DNA from: Octopus bimaculoides
Taxonomy: Eukaryota
Assembly (NCBI RefSeq): GCF_001194135.2
Contig: NC_068995.1
Location: 54,913,460-54,977,459, forward strand
DNA: 64,000 nucleotides
Direction of reading: 5' to 3'
Shown: positions 52,180 through 64,000 of the stretch, piece after piece
Position numbering within the stretch: the first letter of the stretch is position 1
Layout of the letters: each line of letters begins with the position of its first letter
Position numbers and translations under genes: made by a program
The notes under the pieces: model-generated
Told to the model about the DNA's origin: nothing
What the model saw: the letters and a program-made list of their open reading frames with translations, nothing else
The model's database searches: none

Positions 52180-54949
52180 TGCTTGTTAGTATATCTTTAA
52201 AACACGTTCACTGTCCCCTACAGTATGAATATAAATTCCACTAGATCTACTTCAGGAATTCCTTCGAGGTAGAGTATGTAACAGTTGTGAAAAACAGAAA
52301 AGAGAATTCACGAGATTATTTATTAATCATTACGACCGTTTCGATTCATAGATGGGAGAAGCAAATGTTCGCAACAGTGGATGACCCGTTATAAGTAAAC
52401 ATGAAATCGCGCAACAGCTTATTCCATATGATTACAAACAACGATACTCCCTCTATGACACAGATGGTAGCAATTCTTTTAATGAATATTATTACGTATA
52501 AGTAAAGAATGTTCCATTGTAATTCCCATGCGTCGATCGATTTCTGAGAGCTTTTGGCAGTCCAATATAATGCATGCCCGGAGTTGTCATCTTACCGCTA
52601 ATGATAAGACTTCCATATTTAATTGATATGAATGAATTAAACTTTTCTGATTCATTCTCCACATATTCAAACGGAATAAGTCTTCTTGAAAGTTGTCTTC
52701 ACATCGCTGACTGTGAAATTTTAATTCAGCAAAATTCGTTTGTTTGCTATATCAGATATTCTAGCGCCCACACTGCCTTCACGTGGTCTCCCTGTAAGCA
52801 TAAATGGATTTTTTCCAAGGCTTTCTTGGAAAGTACTACTGGAAACATGGAAACAATTTCAAGTTTTGGAAATAACTAAATTTCGTTTTAGTTACTATAA
52901 TATCTGGGTGTTACATTAACACTCACTTTGGCTGGTCCGAGTTCTTCAAATGCTCAAATTAATATATAAGCTAACTAATATAAGAACGATTTTCCAAAGC
53001 TAACTGCTTTCATTAATTTCTCATAACTTAAATTATACTATTTTTAAATTATAGTAACACATGAGCTTACTTAGTAACACTGGATACTAAACGAAGAATC
53101 TTGCAAGCCAATTACAAAAGATCAATTATATAAAACTTATTTACTGAAATAATAACTTGTAGAATGATGGATATGTCATGTGTAATTATATTATGTCCAC
53201 TAGCCTCCACATTATGTGCAGCTATTCATACAAGTGTCCAAGTGTAAAATTTATAATCATTTCCGTAGGGTAGCATGTACGAAGTAGCCGTTACACAGTC
53301 TTTCCACTTGGTTGGAAAAGTAGTTGAATTTCTTCCTGTGTTTCACACTATCGTCTCAGAAATGGCAACATATATTACATAATGCATATTTCATAAAACA
53401 TACCTGAAAATACACAACAAAAAGGAAAACAAAGTGATCGCCATGAAATGAATGCCTGCTATCTGAATTTAATACAATAACATTAAACAACAGAGAAAAT
53501 CACATTTACATTCAAATATGATTTCATTTAACAGTGTAATTTTGCACGGTCTCTGATTTTTTTATTATTCATAGAATTTCAGTAATCACGTACATAAATG
53601 AATCAAATGTTCGAAATAATGAAATATCGTCATGACACTCGATTAAGCTCTGTTTAATCGTTTTTTTAGCATCTGTATATTTGTGTGCATTTAATAACTT
53701 TTGTCTATCTTCGTGTAAAATGTTGCGATTTCTGGAACTGATTCTGTATTTGCATTGTGCTCACACAATGAAATGAATGCCCATAAAAAAAGTGGGAATA
53801 CCTTACACAGCTAACATTTGCATTGGAACCAAATATATACGTTTGTTCATAGCTGGTGATTTATTCCTTTGCCAGTTCGCCTCAATATCGCATTGGTACT
53901 TGTATTTTATTTCTTTATTAGGCGTTTTGCTAAAGTATTTCATTACGGATATCTAAACCTTTCAAACAGTTCCCTTTACTGTTTGCTTTTTGGTGTTTGA
54001 AGTCCTGCATATCGCTAGTGGTAAGGTTGTATGTACAGAAAGCTTTTTTATGTATATGCATGCATCTAAATGTGGGTAAATGTCTGTATAATTTTCATGC
54101 GTGGATTGGTTTGTTGCGGTAATCGATTATTAAAATCAATATCACGTTGCGTGCATTTTTGCTGTTGGTATATTTTATATTATTTTTTTTATTACACCCC
54201 TAAAGCGGTGGATTTAATTTATGATTCAAGCTATAGATATGAATGTGGTTAACGGATTCGTTGGCATTATCATTTTGCATTATATATTTAATCCTTTCAT
54301 GTTCCCCTCTGTGCACAGTTCTATTTCTCCAATGGAGGCCATGTATATCCCCCTTTATACAGTATGTTTCAGCAACTCGTTGAAGTGCCCAATGCTTAAC
54401 TTGAGTACACAATATTTCTATTTCATTTCTGCTTAACGCTCTTTCATATATTTCAAGGTCTTTTCTATAGATGCTGATCAATTTCCATTTCGTGAATCAG
54501 CAATGTACCTCAGTTCGCTTACGTATACCCCGTGCAATTTCTTTTCTATATGATGCGCATCTGGATACTGGATGCTATATAATTAGTCCCTAGTTTTGTA
54601 ATTTATCTATGAGACGCTTTCATAAATGCTGCGATTATCATTTGTAGAGGATGATATATGTAATAGATAATGCTCAACAGTTATTCCTAAGATACGAATA
54701 ATTTCTGAATAAATACGTAGTCTCTTATAATTCGTTATCTACCCTGGTTCCTGCATAGACAGGCAATGGTTTCATTGAGGCCTTCACTCGATGCGGATGC
54801 GTTTGCGTGTCGTTATTATCAATGCACTTATGTAATTCGCAGACATCGTCTTGTTGGACGGTGTTATGTTAACGAAATACTGAGAATATTTTGATACAGA
54901 TATACCCGTTTATCTCCATTACAGTCTTAGAAGTCTACACGAATATTAT

Positions 54950-54990
54950 TAAACCGACATTCTCAGAGTTCGATTCCAGGCAGTGACCTC

Positions 54991-55089
<99 letters not shown>

Positions 55090-55143
55090 AAGAAGAAGAA
55101 GAAGAAGAAGAAGAAGAAGAAGAAGAAGAAGAAGAAGAAGAAG

Positions 55144-55192
<49 letters not shown>

Positions 55193-55345
55193 GCAACAGC
55201 AACAACACAAACAACAATAATAACATCGGAAAATACCTTAGGAATGAGAATCCAGGTTCGAAATTTCCCCAAGATACCTTATGAAATCCGAAGGGTATAT
55301 CAGTCGACACGTTGTTTTAACAACAAGACGGGAGCAAATTTATTC
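54950..55345 (+). mobile_element. SINE-like element: B-box head, compound (AAT)n(AAG)n(AAC)n core, Penelope-like tail
   Basis: gagttcgattcc at 54966-54977; triplet arrays at 54991-55222; tail acatcggaaaataccttaggaatgagaatccaggttcgaaatttccccaagataccttatgaa...gggtatatcagtcgacacgttg. Confidence 0.55.
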
Positions 55346-56021
55346 ATGATTATATTTCAACATATTAGCATAGAAGATCTAAGAAGTACAACCTACTTAC
55401 TACGTGCTGTAGGTTATCTAGCAGCTCATGAAATTCTAGGTTGTCTACCACAATTGTATACGACAGAGAAGACACAATATACAATATAATCTCACCTCAA
55501 ATAACAGCATCAATCGAATAATGCAACATAATCTAATGCTAATTATTAAATTATTATTTTATGAAGGTTTAACTTTCCACACATAATAGCACGCATTAAC
55601 TTAGATAAAGACGCACAAACAATATTTTCAAATATCTTTACAAAATATAATAGAAGATATTATACGACATAATTTAACAATATATACAAGTTCAATACAC
55701 AATGCCGTAGCTGTTGTTAAGATATATACGCAGAAATACAAAGAATAACGACAATTGTGAGTACTCATTGAATGAAATCCAATGCCCTGTCCAGAACAGA
55801 GTATGGAAGATAGCATATATGTTAAACAACACCACACACACACAGAGTAAAACATATTCACCAATATTGAGAAGCATACATCAACTTAAAAACGTCTCTT
55901 TCCCTCGCTCTCTCGTTCATATCTATATATATTCTCATATACTCACTTAAGCGTGGATGTTATGTTAGAACAAAGTTCACTAAGATAAGCCGTTGGAGCA
56001 AAATGCACGCTTGTTTTTTAA

Positions 56022-56407
56022 CGCTAGCAGAGAGATAGCTCTGCACCAATTCCAGAGCGGAAGCCACCAGTTCACATACTTTAGACCTTATTTGTCGCAG
56101 CAGTAATGGATGCTCTACCACCGGAGAGAGCGGTTATTGACCTCTCCGCTCGCGATATATAAAAATAATCAGTGACTAAAGTGGAACTGGTGTGGTGATT
56201 ACACTGCGTGCTTGTTAAAATATATCACTGCCGCAAATGTATATATTTTAACAAGCCCACTAGCCAATCGTGACATCAGTTCCTCTTGAGGCACTGATGT
56301 TCTACATATCACCAGCGGAGAGAGGAGTTGCTATCTTTAGTCGTCAAGCGTCCATCAATGAGTGGCATTGGCCCTGGAGTTGATGGGGAATTATCACTCT
56401 GCTAGTG
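56022..56407. mobile_element. Palindromic (foldback) MITE with CACTA-like terminus
   Basis: Left c(g)ctagcagagagata...ttccagagcggaagccac aligns with the right-end reverse complement cactagcagagtgata...ctccagggccaatgccac. Similarity continues (ctctccgct, tcagtg.ct.aag.ggaactg.tgt) to a perfect central 16-bp stem at 56210-56225/56241-56256. Confidence 0.75.
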
Positions 56408-56536
56408 ATATAAACATGTGTGCATTTTGCACCAAAAGCTTATGCGAGAGTTTCACTCCTGGTATCTACCGCAGTCAAGTTTGCTCTAACCTTTAAGCGG
56501 GAATGAATACTGCTTCTTGTTATTAATACTGCATGC

Positions 56537-56567
<31 letters not shown>

Positions 56568-56594
56568 ACTTATTTGGGAATGGATACCTGGCGT

Positions 56595-56613
56595 TCAAAC
56601 ATATAATAATACT

Positions 56614-56670
<57 letters not shown>

Positions 56671-56708
56671 ATAGATAGACAAATAGATAGATAGATAAAT
56701 AGATAGAT

Positions 56709-56784
<76 letters not shown>

Positions 56785-56822
56785 ATAGATAGACAAATAG
56801 ATAGATAGATAAATAGATAGAT

Positions 56823-56878
<56 letters not shown>
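56595..56878. repeat. (GATA)n microsatellite with a 114-bp higher-order duplication
   Basis: The variant block gataaatagatagacaaatagatagatagataaatagatagatatagatag occurs at 56666 and 56780. Confidence 0.9.
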
Positions 56879-59025
56879 CTGTGACAATACATATCGATAT
56901 ATATTTACATATATGCATATAAATGTATTTGTATACACACGGAAATATAAATATATGCTTATTGATATATATGAGCTTATATATGTAGTGTTCTTTAGAC
57001 GTTTTATAGAATTCATTACTGTATTGCTTCTCAGTAACAGTAATCTAATGCTAGTATCATAAGCACATTTTATTATTAAATTTCCAGATTTTAATCCTTC
57101 ACGTTCCTCACGAATATTTCTTGATGCTTATAGAAGAGAACATCCATTAATATTGTTAGAATCAATTTCAAAAAGACGCATATTGGATTCTAAATATTCG
57201 ATCGTAAACGTATTTGTGTTTTGCGAAGTATAATTTTGTTATATTTCCAAATGGTTTATACTAGAATTAGAGCAAAAACAAAGAATTAATTTGTAAGAAC
57301 ATAACTTTAATAGAAATAATTTCTTTGTTCAGTAAGATTCATTGACTTTGCTTAGGTAAATGCATGCTTAATTATCTGATAAACATCATTCAAATATTTC
57401 TGTTGTGGATTGTAGCTCATAACAAAAATATTCACTAATATCTTAAAACATCCCTTTGAAATTGAGAATTTTTTCTTTTATTAATCGTAGGTTTATCAAT
57501 ATCGCAATTATATAAACTTATTGTTCTCAACAGAAATTACTAGCATATGTCCAAAGACGAAAACTTAATTTCCTTGTCATTGAAATCTTAATCTAAAATT
57601 CGAATACAATTTTGTTAAGATTACAAATAATGGAAATCATGTTATTCAGATTTAATCGAAACTAAATGATATTTTTAGTATATCAATCCAAAGATGCACC
57701 TGGCTAATAGAGACATATTTTCATTGTTATCGTCGTTGCTCTCATTGAAGAGCTACTTCGTGATTAAAATATATGTAAATAGGAAAATTTCATTCTTAAC
57801 ATATTTCGTAAGAAGAAAGCCTTGCAATGTTATCTTCAAAGTGTCACAAGTGAAATAACCATGAATTACCCAGTAGGAGAAGATCTCAGGAAATTTGAAT
57901 ACTCATTAGCACGTGTGTAAATATCATAAGCCATTGTTTTCCATACTCCCACTGTTTTATTGTTCAAGAGAGAGAGAGGGGGAGGGAGAGGGGGGAACTG
58001 ATAGACAGGTAGACACACAAGTAGGAAGATAAAAGCAGAAGGAATAAAACATGATTTACTGATTTTCGTAAACGTTTCTATATAAGATTTGCTTGCATTT
58101 TTGACTAGTTCGGTTTTAACATATGCAACGGAGAGAGAGAGATAGAAACAGGGCAGATAAACGTTATTTAATGTTTTCCATATACATATGTATGTACGAT
58201 TAATTTTTAAGTTTATTAACTTATTTAGGGAGCACTATCGATTCGAAAATGTTGTACATCCTGACCAGCGCAATTAAGGGATTTGTAGATATAATTTAAT
58301 ATTCAACCGTTTATCTATTAAAAAAGCCTATTTTGTTGAAGTATAGAATTTGAATATAAAATAAATTGGGTAATTTCGTCATACCACTTAGAAAAGCAAA
58401 GAATTTTCATCTGCAATCTAATGAAAAGCTGAAGTAATATTTTTTTTAATAAATCGTACACGAGAATATCATAAATACATTACCATTACATAATTACATT
58501 TTATAATTTGATATATTACGATATATTTCGCAATAGATTGCGTACATTAAATATTAATGATCTAGAAATGTCCGTTTTAATACTTTGTCTATAAAAATTC
58601 TCGTTCATTTCATAACTTGTAAAATATATTGATTTAGTGTGAGTACGTGTACCGGTATAACGAGCCCAGAATATATCTAATATGTAAAACTAATGCTAAC
58701 ACTGCACGATTCAGAGAACTCGTTAATTAAATACACTCCAGTTAACTTGAAATATTTCCTTTCTGCTTGCTTTCCATATGGAAACATAAAATAGCATTGC
58801 ATACAGAACTATAAATGGTTCCAAATTATTACATCTCTAAGCTGTACGGTGAAATTTACCCAAAATTAAATATCATATGGCCACTAGTTCGTATATTTTA
58901 TATGTTTATTTATTTATTTACTTTTATCATTTCTGAGTCATTCTCTACTTACGGGCATAAACGAAACTAATCCAAACTGAATATTTAAACTTTGTTTTGG
59001 TTGTTTTTTCCCGTTTTCCTCACCA

Positions 59026-59154
<129 letters not shown>

Positions 59155-59447
59155 ATCCGTCTCTCTGTGATTCTGTGTGTGGGTCTCTCTGTCTCTCTCT
59201 CCCCCTCTTCCTCTCAACCGTTCAGTACTAAATTATTCAATATAAAAATTGAACAGTATAATGCATCCAACTTACATTTTCAATTGGAATAATAATCTTT
59301 ATCCTTGCCTGTTAATGCAGTGATTCAGATGAAATTAAACACAAACATCATATTTGCTTCATGACCTTTTATAAACGATATAGTAAAATTTTATTCTAAT
59401 TTAACATATATGGTACTGATTTTATTTTCATTATTTCTCTGTTATAG

Positions 59448-59582
59448 GGCGATAAGGAAGTAGAATAGTTAGCACGCCGGACAAAATGCTTAGCAGCATC
59501 TTCTCCGTTTTTAAGTTCTGAGTTTAAATTTCCCCGAGGTTGACTTTGCCTTTCATCATTTTGGGGTCGATAAATTAAGCAC
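59448..59582 (+). mobile_element. SINE family A; a further truncated copy lies at 59785-59845
   Basis: gttagcacgccggacaaaatgcttagcagcat...ttctgagtttaaatttccccgaggttgactttgcctttcatcattttggggtcgataaattaagcac matches the 7452-7655 copy. Confidence 0.8.
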
Positions 59583-60519
59583 TATATTAATTTTACTACC
59601 TTTATTTTAGTATGCTACCAGTTAATTTTCTTGCGTATCCTAGCATTCTCCATGTAATGTGAAATATACATAGTTAATTTGTTGTGATTAAGATAAGCAA
59701 GGGGATTAGCACATACCAGATGAGATGAAACCACAAATGATAAGTGCGTGCCCTGTCTATTTTCTCAATATTATTCTGCGAATGTAAGGCAGCGATCAAA
59801 ATGCTTTGCGGCATTTTGGCCGTCTTTACGTTCTGAGTTTTACATTCTCTACATTTATATAATACGCCAATAGGTAAACTTTTAAAGATGTTTATTTTTC
59901 CGCACGTAATGCCTTGAATAAACACTTTGCAAAATTCAAAGATGTCACTACAGGATTAGGATTAAATCGGTTGAAAAACAATTAAATTGTTTGACTTAAA
60001 AAAAAATGTCCTGTCCTTCCATATTATATATATATGAGGGGGCTCTTGTATATATGTATAGGGATATATAGATATACACATGCACACATAAACACACGCA
60101 CTCACGCACTCTCTCACACACACACACACGCCAATATGCTGCTTCGAATGAAAGACATTTTGCTTTGTAAATTCAATCGATAACTCCCAACACCGCCGCT
60201 GCAGATACATTATAAAGTCATGTGTTTAAAATGATGTCGTTGAGAGTTGACAACTCTTAGTGTGCAATGGACTCGAAGGGAATAAACATTCTAATCATGC
60301 TCAATCAGATTATCTTTAGACGAGACCGTTGTATTCTCTAACTAATTTCTAGCAATTTGCTGTCATGATCATTTCACTTACCAGTGTATTTAAACATCAT
60401 GGCACTGTGAGTGAGCATTAGTTATGCTACAGCTTTCTGCCAGAAAAAGAATTAATACAGAACACACGAACGTTCTGTAAAGTACAACACACACACAGAA
60501 ACACACAAACACACACACA

Positions 60520-60556
<37 letters not shown>

Positions 60557-63009
60557 ACACACACATATGTGTTAGACCTTGTGTTACATCAGGTGTAATT
60601 TTTTGTCTCTTATTCAACAGTTCATTTATATGCGTAAACCCCAAAAGAATTTCCATTAGTGTCCAATGGCTTTATATCTTATCAGATTAATACCTACCAA
60701 CCATTAATCTATTCGTATTCCGCAACACGCACAAAACCGTTCTAACTTTACTCTTTACCTGCTTTTAAGGCATGTGATGTGAAATTCCCTAAATACTCAT
60801 CTGTAGTAATTTTAAGGTATTGTAAACATGCTGCATTTAACCCGTGATTTCCATTTGGCATAAAACCAACTAGTAAATGATTTGTTAAAATGTTCTAGTG
60901 TTAACCCTGAATTGATGTCCCCCCGTCTGCGAATAAAATTTAGCAATCCAGCTTCAACTTCTTGCTGATACTTGAATGACCAAATGCAATTATTACATTT
61001 TCTTTAAATCTTATAGATTTTTAAGTTTAAAAAATTCGTTACTTTCTAGAAATGTTAGATCCTAAGACAATTCAAAGGTAGTTCCCTTCATTCAATAAGC
61101 AAGCATTATACGAATTACACCGCTTTTATATTTAAGGAAAGGCTTCAACGCGTCATATTGTATCGCAAATACCATAAACCATGTTTTTGAGGCTATAACG
61201 TTGACCAACTGAATAAGAGTTTTTCAGTAAATATAAAAATGACTTTGCAAGAGACAACTTTAAACTATAACACAAATATTACTTTGATTAAATATAACAA
61301 AAACCTGAAAATGTGTTAGTTACTTATTCTACCAAACCTGAAACATTGTGAGGCAAAGCCGGACTTGTAGGCACTTGAACTTAACCTGTAAAGCCATGTA
61401 CTTAAGGTTGTCATTGCACTTAATTTGTTATTCAGATTGTCCCGCAACATCATTGGTCTTATGAAGATCATCAGAACTAAAGTCATTTCTTGAATAAGTG
61501 ATTCACATGTTACTGCTTGGTGTGCAGTTATTCAACTTTATATGAATTGTGGGATACTAACCATGGAAAATAATGCAAACGAAAATTAAATATATTGAAA
61601 CATGAGCACGATTTATGTATAGGACATTCATAAGGTGAGCATGGCAAGTTTTACTCAAAAATAAGATTATGAACTTGTTGTAGTATTCTTTACAAAGACG
61701 CATACATTCTAGCGGAGTTGTCTCATGGATAAGTACACAGCGAGTAAATGATTCAGCGAAAGAAAAAGAAAAGCTTTAATTTTTAAAGACTTAACAGATG
61801 CCGACCACTAAAAGCTAAAGAGCGTAACCTGCCTTCCTGTAAATCATTAAGCTTCGAATAAAATAACATTGCAGAGGATAACGAACACCTAAAAGGAAAA
61901 TTACTTTATTTCAAAAGGCAGAAGTGGTGCTCAAAAAATTGCATATGGCCGTAAAAGTCAATTATATAAACTATTTATATGGAATATAAGAGAGTGATGG
62001 CCTCGATATCTTATGTCATGCCTGCATCACGTAGCACGTTAACCTGAAATATGAGTTTATTCAACACATTTCCCTCCCAGAATCACCCACTTATTGCAGC
62101 GGTCCGTAATTGTTTTATAAGCCCTATAAAAGAACCAAGAACTCAGACGTTTGAGCCACAAACCACTCTTCCACGTAATTTTAAAGTCAGCAATGTTTCA
62201 GCCCCCCCGCCACCTCTAGTATATATATATATATGCATGCAAAGAAAATTGTGTATAAGTGCTAAATATATGAAAATATCGTGTAAATTTCTCGATAACT
62301 TTCTGTGAAGCTAGAGGTAATACTGTTGCGACATTTTAAGCACAACACGAATATATTAAATTTTTGCTGAAATGATTATTTCCTCTATACTCCCATTTTA
62401 TTATCACTCATTACTCATAGTGCATTGGACAGGATGTACCATCAGTAATTATCATTTATAAGTCAGGTGAAATCATGAAATTTAGTGGTATAAGTCTTTA
62501 TAACAAGAATAAACACATCAACGTATATCTCCATAAAGGCTGTACGGAAATAACCAGATTTAAGTTCTGATTAATATCTATTTGTATATCACCTGCTCAC
62601 TCTGCTTGCCGAAGACACATTTGCGAAAAGAATTTCTATGAAGAGAAATATATATGTCCACATGTAAGTGGATTTCTTCTCGTATATTGATCCCCCAATC
62701 TGTAACTCACATTTTCAGTCACACTCACGGCTTCTTAACAGCAAGCCTACATTTCACTTAATTTTTCTTACTTATATATCTAATTATGTATTCATGACTC
62801 CTTCATTAGCCATCTCATTCACAGTCACATATGTCTATCTGTGTCTCTTTTTCGTCCTTGCTCCCTCTCACTCTCTCCACGTATGTACATGCATACACGC
62901 ACATACAGATACAAACACACATATAAATATATATGGAGTAGCCAAAAGTAACCGGAAACATTCCGTATGGGACAAGACCTCTGTTGTCCAGGGTTCCGCT
63001 GTGGTGAGA

Positions 63010-63800
63010 AATCGCACAAAGATACTTGGAACAAAAGGAGCGACAATCTCAGTATCACATATGATGCGTGATCTCGGGATTGATATGAGCAACGATACCG
63101 CGATAAACATGCATATCACCAAGATAGTTGTAGTGTGCACGCGAATGGCCGGATGGATTTTGAGAACATTCAGAAGGAACCAGGAAACTATGCTGGTTGT
63201 ATGGAGGACATTTGTTATCAGCCGTCTGGACTACTGCTCTCAACTGTGGTCACCCTACAGTGTGTGATCACTAGCAGAACTTGAGGCGGCAGCAATTTTA
63301 CACACAGAAGATTGCATCACTGGTATAGCTAAGCTACCGGGATAGACTGAATGAACTATGGGTCTACTCTCTAGAATGAAGTGATATATGCAGTGATATA
63401 TGTTTGAAAGGTACTGGAGAAGCTGGCATCAAACTCTTGAATCGAGAGCTCTAGTAGACCCCGAATTGGATGTCACTGCATTATTCCAAAGGTTACTCAT
63501 CTAGGCTGCGGAACATGTACTGCAATAGCTTCGTATGCAAGGGCGCACAGCTATTTTGAACCTTGCCGAAACATCTAAGGGATCGTCATGGAAGAGGTTG
63601 ACAAATTTTAATGATAAAAAAAAATCCAACACTTGCCAGCAAAATACACGACCAGGTTCTGCAAGAGTTTGATGAGGTGGATCTAGATGTCTTGAAAAAA
63701 GTACTGGAACTCCTACTCCTAACAGTTCCGGATGAATCAACTTCACCGCAGAAAATAAATGCGGGCAGTAACATCAAACTCACTAAGATACCAAAAGCCG
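63010..63800 (+). mobile_element. CR1/L2-group LINE ORF2 C-terminal remnant
   Basis: RDLGIDMS...MAGWILRTFRR.ETMLVVWRTFVISRLDYCSQLWSPY followed by LAELEA, LSYRDRLNEL.VYSLE and VLKKVLELLLLTVPDE. These are the standard post-RT motifs of CR1-like elements (RDLGV, LDYCSQLWSP, LxLYSLERRR). Stops and frameshifts are present. Confidence 0.9.
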
Positions 63801-63965
63801 AATATTAAATTAGGACGAACGAAATTGCCGTAGATAAATGGCAATTCCCTAAAGTGGAAACAGCTCTCGAAATGTAACAAGTAAATGAGTGTAAAAGTAA
63901 AAGTGTGAAAAGTATAGGTGTGTGTGTACGCGTGTATGCATGTGCTTCCATGTATGTTTGTGAGC

Positions 63966-64000
<35 letters not shown>

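Noticed and set aside
52574-52879. 101-aa ORF and opposite-strand splice-like sites
   Set aside because: No recognisable homology; the better minus-strand acceptor gives stops in all three frames.
62125-62132. TATAAAAG box in a locally GC-richer patch
   Set aside because: No initiator at the right spacing and no downstream exon; TATA-like strings are frequent in this AT-rich DNA.

Overview
AT-rich, microsatellite-dense metazoan scaffold with many N gaps. The repeat landscape (tRNA-headed SINEs, RTE/CR1/Tx1/R4-Dong LINEs, mariner, Helitron, Penelope-type tails) resembles a coleoid cephalopod, probably an Octopus draft assembly; this is inference from pattern recognition, not a database hit. 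I found no host protein-coding gene, RNA gene or CRISPR array that I can support. Most listed ORFs are translated microsatellites. The window looks intronic or intergenic. The recognisable protein-coding remnants are all decayed transposons: a Tx1/L1 ORF2 C-terminus (3.2 kb), a Helitron PIF1-like helicase joined to a mariner transposase (11.2-12.0 kb), an RTE RT (22.3-23.1 kb), a mariner 5' end (27.4 kb), an R4/Dong restriction-like endonuclease (42.3 kb) and a CR1 RT C-terminus (63 kb). The best second-look items are structural. They are an inverted pair of Penelope-type minimal hammerhead-like motifs in a direct+inverted repeat block (37.2-38.0 kb), a perfect 23-bp pre-miRNA-sized hairpin (16.3 kb), and a tRNA-headed SINE with an internal compound triplet array and a hammerhead-like tail (55 kb). 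Also notable are a 386-bp palindromic MITE (56 kb), a possible TIR-bounded GC-rich ORF island (32.4 kb) and a 65-bp foldback around a CA array (14.2 kb). None of these is established as a new biological system from sequence alone.
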